Origin: a bacterium
GTDB taxonomy: Bacteria > UBP7 > UBA6624
Assembly: GCA_002716355.1 (NCBI GenBank)
Contig: PBAU01000003.1
Span: 90,001 to 122,000, forward strand
Direction of reading: 5' to 3'
Length of the DNA stretch: 32,000 nucleotides
The notes under the pieces were generated by a model, which worked only from the letters and a program-made list of their open reading frames with translations, had not been told where the DNA came from and did not search any database. The position numbers and the translations under genes are program-made. Positions 27,601 through 32,000 of the stretch are shown here, piece after piece. Each line of letters starts with the position of its first letter. Positions within the stretch are counted from its first letter, which is position 1.

Positions 27601-27788
27601 GTTGATGATGTGCTGAAGCTGAATGTCGCTGTTTTTTGATTAGTTACACCTTCAGAACTAATGCCCATTGAGTTGTCGTCAATTGATGTATTTGGAGCAG
27701 ATGGCCCTGTATCACCCCCTCCTCCACCGCCACCACAAGCGACAAAGATAAAAGCAAAAGCTATAAATATAAAATTAATTTTTTTCAT
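21696..27788 (-). CDS. Giant (2030 aa) surface lipoprotein: ~16 tandem two-Cys Ig-like modules, a Cys-rich FN3-like segment, and two MAM-like/choice-of-anchor-J-like jelly-roll domains
   Basis: SPII signal MKKINFIFIAFAFIFVAC|GGGGGGGD. AGGTG lies 6 nt upstream of the ATG at 27788, and the track's GTG at 27797 is inside that SD. Repeats are described in the repeat feature. The C-terminus has DNFEGD...GFIFDNIQLVE and ...GAGWQIDEVIVD. Confidence 0.9.
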   Translation of the reverse strand: MKKINFIFIAFAFIFVACGGGGGGGDTGPSAPNTSIDDNSMGISSEGVTNQKTATFSFSTSSTEAVGFQCSLNGAGWQGCPGGTKTYPNLEDAQYTFQVKAYLLDDNQKEDKTPASFTWTVDTTGPTINLETVPNDPTNATSGQISFTHDGVSASCVLDGVTTDPCVSPFSYGSPTALTEGEHDFRVDSLDDLENSASKSHEWTIDITGPSITHKTRDPDSAEIVFEDQITFEFGNDSEDGDSNDIDTAYYQMFIFRAEDGSVVSFEGSWQLASDGGQFYNAVYTNLPVLESSLDEYFIQYKVVDSLGNETIDGDDADERDYFAVIEHQPLELRFKANPPSDIEEGDFSNEVTGLKIYFEEMNHPEEKVSFECNLNNSSWFDCNDKDTDGHYWLASGLPEGSQNLIVKAHHIEIAEIADVEKTLSWTVDTVKPEVSVDSGPNDPTNETTVAFTYSSNEDTLPAGWFECKLSGGINVDWESCPGTGWQYSGLNQEGAYVFEVRATDLAGNISDPDSYSFTIDTTDPNTTIDSGPSSLSGSDEATFEFTSNETGSIFECKLDDGEWEESCTSPKTYSGMSGGEHTFYVKSQDVAGNIDSSPASYTWTIDLSIPDTAITSGPSGITNVNNATFTFTNPEGDSIFECMLSPDETVYTSCNGINGSGSKAYVDLTEGIKTFYVRALNDVGTADPTPAEREWTIDQTPPETNITIEPAIYTNEDIIAWHFSADEEAPFFQCKFSSASSWNFCTSPKEYELLAEGTHTFMVRAWDAANNIDATPAESTTNVDRAAPVTTITSSPSDPSNETDGTFEVSVQDQPWETLPGLTSVFYCISNDGTCQANEMTDQGDGSYSADYSSLAEGQWVFKAWSVDLAGNIEVQGANAEHTWNIDTTGAQTEITNGPDDPTNATIPAFEFKESSDDPEATFECRLSPVLPDWESCTSPKAYPSQTDGEFTFEVRAFDSLGNEDVSPAVWTWTIDTVSPTTQIDSTPTDPTTSTEAIFTFSSPSDTDAIFECKLDDGEWEACQSGIAYIELTDGSHTFSTRAQDLAGNIDPTPSEYNWLIDITGPVTSITSAPMDPTNSIDAVFEWSTDETSTSECKLDDGEWESCESPKTYLNLEQNTNHVFEVRSTDDLGNLGAADAWTWSIDTINPTTVILTGPSNPSNNTAPTFTYESPENPNATFQCELDGGDLTECNTGSITFSDLAEGSHVFKVYATDQAGNTDTTGDSWSWDIDTTPSETYIDSGPNDPTASTSASFVYRDDEPTDYFMCRLDAVSGDDIEWEECNGGTKTYSDLLEDVYTFEVKSIDEAGNEDLTPASWTWRIDQTEPETTITDGPPDPTPDSSATFIFESNEANSTFECKIDNGVWESCISPQDYSGFLDGAHTFEVMAIDAAGNVDLTPAVWNWNVDSSILPPDTFINSSPPSKTFFNTADFTFSSDDPEATFECSLNQESWESCTSPKNYSFDLPYGENNFRVRATNSGGLTDPSPASYDWVIITDLIGMFLSGPNMEGSFFTSLAVTDVELEWEDNYWDYELSHCNPVDSSNGECEYLIYTHALSNSSNGNKSECPAIDSGSYDSTSETISCSDGKCGTVLSNLNLNSKYCYGIQAVADDGSTGTAAGPETSLTYPTYMYDNFEGDVLYDEVAGTGNWVSTSFGNTETSYFQVWSSSVANASYSGQSWIAGWNPDTQQYDNDEDPIFITQKALDLSLTSNPALVLAHQLNRPAEDFEDIRLWVNTDIGNSDNCFVGEWRQYTPIVNELVNVDTGVTNPSLDTNDWTYLYLDISEFAGNSNVCIGLAQRTNAEDVDTGFIFDNIQLVEQPDFTKTLFYEPFPGDGSSCTDQHTWTEMGYWIDDSQWWRVIPGDDGNLDCKMWMTGTNTNTGNYLDGWTYDDTALQITYPYPSGDSTGANGYYVSEGGWTRLLFNELYETPSPSTFGIVVRWSDTQIDDCYMGGNVWLYSNSIGDTFANAGGSSIGNKRTIDLSPFRGKYVCFIFWGEDDQTLDGDGNADGVVGAGWQIDEVIVDTK
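23295..27695 (-). repeat. Coding tandem array of ~16 divergent copies of an 83-105-aa module
   Basis: Approximate consensus: T-x-x-P-x-T-x-I-x-S-G-P-x-x-P-T-N-x-T-x-A-x-F-x-F-x-S...F-E-C-[KR]-L-D-x-x-x-W-E-x-C-T-S-P-K-x-Y-x-x-L-x-E-G-x-H-x-F-x-V-R-A-x-D-x-A-G-N-x-D-x-T-P-A-x-x-x-W-T-I-D. Copies are clearly diverged at the DNA level; a few spot comparisons looked around three-quarters identical over the best ~40 nt. Confidence 0.85.
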
Positions 27789-27826
27789 AAAGTGCACCTA
27801 AAACCTATAAAACCTAGAGTTATTGT

Positions 27827-27850
27827 ATACATTTATATATATAAATGTAT
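27827..27850. promoter_or_regulatory. Perfect 24-bp palindrome in the intergenic gap upstream of the 2030-aa lipoprotein gene (candidate operator and/or promoter -10 region)
   Basis: ATACATTTATAT|ATATAAATGTAT, checked base by base. It lies 39 nt upstream of the ATG at 27788. On the minus strand a TTGAAT spans the last nuclease codons, 17-19 nt upstream of the TATA-rich core. Confidence 0.4.
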
Positions 27851-27860
27851 TTAAAAAAAA

Positions 27861-28646
27861 TCATTCAAAAAGATAACCAAACCAATCATCTAGATTTATT
27901 GTTGATTCAATACTGTCTTCTATTGAGTCAGGCAGCATATGAAAGAAATCAATTCCAGTCTCTTGCTCTACTTCGTCTACTGATTTTGCAAAACTGGAAA
28001 GAGGTTGGTCTGAGCTTTCGTTAGCCAATATAAAACCTATTGCTTTGATTTCTGGTTGAGTGTAGTCTAAAACCACCTTGTAATAATGGGATGGAACAGA
28101 AACGTTGTTCCCCCCTATCGTGTCTAATATTGGATAACCATCGCCAAAAACAGGACCTGTAACTATATGAATCTTGTCATTTGTTTTTGCAGCATCCCTT
28201 ACATCCGCCTCAAGATCTTTCCAAATGTAGCGGTTAAATCCTGCAAGCTGAGGAGACATGTTTGAAAGAAAAAAGGATTCACTCATTGCTGTATGATCCC
28301 ATTCCATATCTCCTGCCGGAGCCAAATGGCCCCTATCGTACCCAGAGCCACTATAGTCACTCAATGATGCTGAACCATTTTCAACTGCTGGATCTTCCCT
28401 ATAGTCATCCGTTCTTTCCATATCGGAAGATGCCTGTTCAGAGGTTAATGTGTAAGCAACCCATAATGCTTGTTCATGCTCTTCACTATAGCTTAACGTG
28501 TAAGCTGTATGTGATATTATCTCTTCTTCTTCCGAGTAGTATGGGAGGCTGGCTTCCTCATCGCTTAATGGAACATACAAAACATTATCTGAGTCGCATG
28601 AAATAAAAAAAGCAAACAAGGTTAACAGCCTGATTAATTTAAACAT
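27861..28646 (-). CDS. DNA/RNA non-specific endonuclease (beta-beta-alpha-Me, Serratia NucA / EndA family), lipoprotein-type signal
   Basis: Catalytic motif GYDRGHLAPAGD and the downstream metal-ligand region FFLSNMSPQ. Signal MFKLIRLLTLFAFFISC|DSD. Its ATG overlaps the upstream TAA (TAATG). Confidence 0.88.
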   Translation of the reverse strand: MFKLIRLLTLFAFFISCDSDNVLYVPLSDEEASLPYYSEEEEIISHTAYTLSYSEEHEQALWVAYTLTSEQASSDMERTDDYREDPAVENGSASLSDYSGSGYDRGHLAPAGDMEWDHTAMSESFFLSNMSPQLAGFNRYIWKDLEADVRDAAKTNDKIHIVTGPVFGDGYPILDTIGGNNVSVPSHYYKVVLDYTQPEIKAIGFILANESSDQPLSSFAKSVDEVEQETGIDFFHMLPDSIEDSIESTINLDDWFGYLFE

Positions 28647-31600
28647 TATTGAATGACGGTTATGTAATTGCTTACAGTAGGTGTCGTTTCAAGTTGCACA
28701 ACACTTGGATTCTCGTTTGGCACAATGTCAGAATAGTTCTGAATGCTGATGTTGTAAGTTTTGCTTACAGAAGGATTGCTATCTCCTCCACCACCACCAC
28801 AAGAGGTTACAAAGAGAAGGATTGCAAAAACACCTGCGATTCTCCTTTTCTTAATTACCGCTAAACTCATGAATGCAAGAGCAAAAATCAATTCAATATC
28901 AAAAGGCATAGAAGCAAGAGATGAATCACCAGTAAAATCATATGTAATAAGATAGATTATTTCATTTACCCCATTGTCAATGCCTTGTTCATCGTCAAGT
29001 GTTATTGTTACAGTGCCATTATCTGCATTAAATTCTTCTTCGCCAAGATTGCTTTCGCTGTCAGGAATACCATCAGAGTTCATGTCAAGCCAAATTTCAA
29101 CTAAGCCTATATCGAGTTTGTCATTCCCTGTTCCAGATGCTCTTAAAGTTATTTCGTTTAATTGGTTTTGCCCAGTTATCGGACCATCAGTTTTAATGTA
29201 AGAGAACCTAAAGACAGGTTGCTGGATTCCTGAAGGCTCGAAATCTAAAGTAATAGCTGGAACAGGATTTTCATGCTTTATAGAAATGTCATATATAGCA
29301 TCAACTATAAAGTTTCTTGTTTCGCTACCACCAATATTCCCATTTATCAGAGCTCTTACTGTAAAGCTGTTGCTGCCATCTTCCATGGCTGATATTGTGT
29401 GTGAGCCTTCTCCATCAGAAAGAGTATCTCCATTGCATGAAACCCAATCTGTATTATTGCTGTCCTGGCATTCAAAGTTTGCATTTGTATTTGAACTATT
29501 AAAAGTAAACAATGTAGAAGAATTATGGATTTCCTCACCTTCTTGAGGTCCACTGATTATTGTTACATCAGCCGTTTCGGTTTCTATTGTCCATGTATAT
29601 GAGTCAGCAGATTCATCCTGGTTGCCAGCAAGATCAGTTGCCCTCACCTCAAAAGTGTGGGTTCCTACAGTAAGGTCTGCATAAGTTTCAGGACTTGTAC
29701 AAGACTCCCAGCTAAGCTCATCCCTTCTGCATTCAAATGTGCTATTTGGCTCACTGCTTTCAAAATGGAAAGTTGCAGTAATATCTGTTGTTGGATTGCC
29801 CGGTTTTGGATCATTGATTGTTGTTTCAGGTCTAACTGTATCAACAGTCCAATCATGGGCTGCAGGGCTTTGATCAGTGTTTCCGGCTTCATCTGTTGCC
29901 CTGACCTTGAAGATGTGCCAACCCTCGGAAAGGTTGTTTATCTCATAAGGGCTTGTGCACGAAAACCAGTGACCATCAGCTGTTTTCTCACATTCGAATG
30001 TGCTGTTTGGCTCACTGCTCTCGAAATCAAACACTATCGATTGGCTATTTGTGAGATCGGGAGGGTCATTCGTTATTGTTGTTTCAGGGCTATCTGTGTC
30101 TATTGTCCAATTCCATTCAGCAGGGGTGCTATCTTCGTTACCTGCCTCATCGATTGCCTTTACAAGGAAGTTATGTAGACCTTCAGCTAAACCAGAAAAT
30201 AATGAGCCTGAGGTACAAGGTATCCAATTACCCTGATCAAGACTGCATTTGAAAGTAGCATTTGAATCGTTGGATTCAAAAACGAATGTTGCTGAAGTTT
30301 CATTTGTTGGATTGTCTGGTCCTGAGATGATTGTAGTGTTTGGCCCTGTTTGATCTATATTCCAGGACCAAGATGGATCATCACTTATGTTTCCAGCTTG
30401 ATCAGTTGCCTGAACCTTGAAAACATGAGAACCATCTGGAAGATTGCTGTATACTTTGGGGCTTGTACATGATTCCCATTGATTGTCATCTAATTTGCAT
30501 TCGAAGCTGACAGATTCATTGCTTTCAAATTCAAATGTTGCTTCAGCTGAATTTGAAGGATCTGAAGGGCCATTTGTTATGTCAACTGTTGGAGCCACAG
30601 TATCAACGGTTATATTTCTTAATTCAGCTAGTCCAACATTTCCAGCTTCGTCGATTGCTCTTACCTCAAAAACATGGGCGCCTTCGCTAAGTTCTACGTA
30701 AGTTTGTGGACTTGTGCACGTTTCCCATCCTGAAGAATCCATATTGCATTCAGTCGTTGAAGGCTCATCAGCTGAAAATTCATATGTCACTGTACTGCTT
30801 GCCCAATAACCTTCTGGCCCAGAGTCTATTGTTGTTACAGGAAGGGTAAGGTCAATAGTGATTGTTTTTGAACTGCTTTCCGAAATGTTTCCTGCAGGAT
30901 CTATTGTCCTGAAATGGAATGTATGGCTTTCTTCAGCAAGTCCTGAATATTCTTTAGGGCTTGTGCAAGCGCTCCAAGGTTCAAGTTCTTTACTGCATTC
31001 ATATGAAGAATCTTCCTCATTGCTTGAAAAGCTGTATGAAACTGTTGATACGTTTATTTTTCCCTCAGGTCCACTAACTGAAACAACAGGTTGAGTAAGG
31101 TCAATTTCCCAATTGTGGGTATCACTCCCTGTGTTTCCAGATTCATCTTCTGCGACAACAACAAAAGAATAATTATCCTCACCAAGAGAATTGTAAGTAT
31201 ATGGAGAAGTGCAATTAATCGCACTGCTTCCATTCAAGCTGCAGGTAAATGTTGCCATTGGATCATCTGACTCAAATTCAAAAATGGCATTAGTTTGATT
31301 TGTTGGATTATCTGGTCCTGAATTTATCGTGACGGAAGGAGCAAAGTCAATTGTCCATTCCCAAATTGCAGGCTCGCCAACATCGCCCTCTCCTGTAGCC
31401 TCAATTGCTCGTACTTCAAAAACATGCTGCCCTTCATCAAGACCTATGTACACTCTTGGGCTTGTGCAATTGCCTGCTTCCCAATTTTCACTATCTAGCT
31501 TGCATTCAAATATTACATTCGGTTCATCACTTGAGCTGAATGTAAAAGTTGCATCAGGGCTGGCGCTTGGGTCACTTGGACCAGAATCTATTGTTGTTAT

Positions 31601-32000
31601 TGGGGCTATGTCTATATTCCATTCAAACCATGGCGGAGTGGGATCTACATTGCCTGCTTGATCGATTGCTCTAACCTCAAAATTATGTGTTCCTTCGCTA
31701 AGGTTTGTATAAGTTTTTGGACTTGTGCATGTCTCCCATGGAGCATCATTGAAAGCGTTCCAATCAAGTCTGCATTCAAATGTTGTGGTGCTGTTTTCTC
31801 CTGAATTTGTATTTTCAAATTCAAAAGTGGCAGAATTTTCACTGGATGGGTTTGGCGGACCTGATATTATCACTGTATCTGGAGGATTTGAGTCCAACGT
31901 CCAAGTAATCGTCTCATCAACAAACTGTCCATTATCATGTGTTGCCCTTACGGTTAATGACTGCCCTCCATCAGCAAGCGCACCTGACTCCCAATAGCTT
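28646..32000 (-). CDS. Giant surface protein, 5'-truncated by the window edge (1117 codons visible): at least 10 complete two-Cys Ig-like modules, a unique C-terminal domain, and a hydrophobic/KKRR/lipobox tail
   Basis: The frame stays open upstream of the track's TTG at 31897 (...SYWESGALADGGQSLTVRATHDNGQFVDETITWTLDSNPPDT...), which continues the repeat pattern. The true start is therefore beyond 32000. Confidence 0.9.
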   Translation of the reverse strand, partial: SYWESGALADGGQSLTVRATHDNGQFVDETITWTLDSNPPDTVIISGPPNPSSENSATFEFENTNSGENSTTTFECRLDWNAFNDAPWETCTSPKTYTNLSEGTHNFEVRAIDQAGNVDPTPPWFEWNIDIAPITTIDSGPSDPSASPDATFTFSSSDEPNVIFECKLDSENWEAGNCTSPRVYIGLDEGQHVFEVRAIEATGEGDVGEPAIWEWTIDFAPSVTINSGPDNPTNQTNAIFEFESDDPMATFTCSLNGSSAINCTSPYTYNSLGEDNYSFVVVAEDESGNTGSDTHNWEIDLTQPVVSVSGPEGKINVSTVSYSFSSNEEDSSYECSKELEPWSACTSPKEYSGLAEESHTFHFRTIDPAGNISESSSKTITIDLTLPVTTIDSGPEGYWASSTVTYEFSADEPSTTECNMDSSGWETCTSPQTYVELSEGAHVFEVRAIDEAGNVGLAELRNITVDTVAPTVDITNGPSDPSNSAEATFEFESNESVSFECKLDDNQWESCTSPKVYSNLPDGSHVFKVQATDQAGNISDDPSWSWNIDQTGPNTTIISGPDNPTNETSATFVFESNDSNATFKCSLDQGNWIPCTSGSLFSGLAEGLHNFLVKAIDEAGNEDSTPAEWNWTIDTDSPETTITNDPPDLTNSQSIVFDFESSEPNSTFECEKTADGHWFSCTSPYEINNLSEGWHIFKVRATDEAGNTDQSPAAHDWTVDTVRPETTINDPKPGNPTTDITATFHFESSEPNSTFECRRDELSWESCTSPETYADLTVGTHTFEVRATDLAGNQDESADSYTWTIETETADVTIISGPQEGEEIHNSSTLFTFNSSNTNANFECQDSNNTDWVSCNGDTLSDGEGSHTISAMEDGSNSFTVRALINGNIGGSETRNFIVDAIYDISIKHENPVPAITLDFEPSGIQQPVFRFSYIKTDGPITGQNQLNEITLRASGTGNDKLDIGLVEIWLDMNSDGIPDSESNLGEEEFNADNGTVTITLDDEQGIDNGVNEIIYLITYDFTGDSSLASMPFDIELIFALAFMSLAVIKKRRIAGVFAILLFVTSCGGGGGDSNPSVSKTYNISIQNYSDIVPNENPSVVQLETTPTVSNYITVIQ
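28799..28870 (-). other. In-frame internal lipoprotein signal peptide-like segment (MSLAVIKKRRIAGVFAILLFVTSC) near the 3' end of the giant ORF
   Basis: ATG at 28870-28868, KKRR at 28852-28841, lipobox VTSC with the Cys codon at 28801-28799, then GGGGGD. No stop codon separates it from the upstream giant ORF, and no SD is visible upstream of this ATG. Confidence 0.45.
29300..32000 (-). repeat. Coding tandem array: 10 complete copies and 1 partial copy of the two-Cys module found in the 2030-aa paralogue
   Basis: Module boundaries fall at W-x-I-D / x-x-P-x-T-x-I-x-S-G-P. Each copy has F-E-C-x(9-17)-C-T-S-P and G-x-H-x-F-x-V-R-A-x-D-x-A-G-N. Hand-counted module lengths range from 83 to 94 aa. 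Confidence 0.85.

Noticed and set aside
27714-27740. A C-rich run (ccccctcctccaccgccaccac, encoding Gly7), and its counterpart at 28784-28798, considered as a possible slipped-strand phase-variation tract.
   Set aside because: The tract is a mixture of GGN codons. The longest homopolymer is only 5 nt, and no perfect trinucleotide repeat exceeds 3 units, which is too short for efficient slippage.
27861-28646. The nuclease considered as the toxin of a polymorphic-toxin, CDI or Rhs-type system delivered by the giant proteins.
   Set aside because: The nuclease is a separate ORF with its own lipoprotein signal, not a C-terminal toxin domain after a VENN/PxxxxDPxGL-type junction. No small cytoplasmic immunity gene follows it, and no two-partner, T6SS or Rhs hallmarks are visible in the window.
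21777-31997. About 25 plus-strand ORFs of 60-173 aa in the supplied track, lying opposite the giant genes and the nuclease (for example 25414-25761, 29657-30178, 31329-31661).
   Set aside because: All lie antisense to long, motif-rich minus-strand ORFs. Their translations are low-complexity Ser/Val/Phe-rich mirror images of the repeat modules, with no signals of their own. They are typical shadow ORFs.
21696-32000. A ~250-285-nt periodicity that could be taken for a CRISPR array or satellite DNA.
   Set aside because: The period is a protein-domain repeat inside uninterrupted ORFs. Units are clearly diverged at the nucleotide level and vary in length, and there is no short conserved direct repeat with unique spacers.

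Overview
All identifications come from motif recognition by eye. No homology or HMM search, RNA folding or compositional calculation was run.

This is an AT-rich (about one-third G+C by eye), very compact bacterial chromosome segment. It has many 1-30 nt start/stop overlaps and frequent TTG/GTG starts.

**Positions 1 to ~21.5 kb: ordinary housekeeping genes.**
- Protein genes: sppA, a ferredoxin-domain protein, nadK, a YggT-family protein, glyA, folK, nadC, nadA, a SpoU/TrmH methyltransferase, a LysM protein, an M29 aminopeptidase, a HAD hydrolase, NIF3, class I-beta DAHP synthase, a GNAT, birA and pheT.
- tRNA genes: tRNA-Pro(UGG) and tRNA-Ile(GAU).
- A tight ribD-ribE-ribBA-ribH cluster.

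**Positions ~21.5-32 kb: an accessory-looking cell-surface locus.** It is entirely on the minus strand and co-directional with pheT and the rib genes. In transcription order it contains:
- a giant ORF that runs off the right edge (1117 codons visible);
- a lipoprotein-type DNA/RNA non-specific endonuclease (DRGH motif) joined to it by a TAATG stop/start overlap;
- a 72-nt gap holding a perfect 24-bp palindrome;
- a 2030-aa lipoprotein;
- a 53-codon ORF that is missing from the supplied track.

Both giant proteins are arrays of the same ~83-95-aa two-cysteine Ig-like module. The most unusual detail is the last 74 codons of the edge-truncated giant ORF. They read, in frame, as a complete lipoprotein signal peptide plus a Cys-poly-Gly linker that matches the N-terminus of the neighbouring giant lipoprotein.

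No CRISPR array, IS element, integrase or rRNA was seen.
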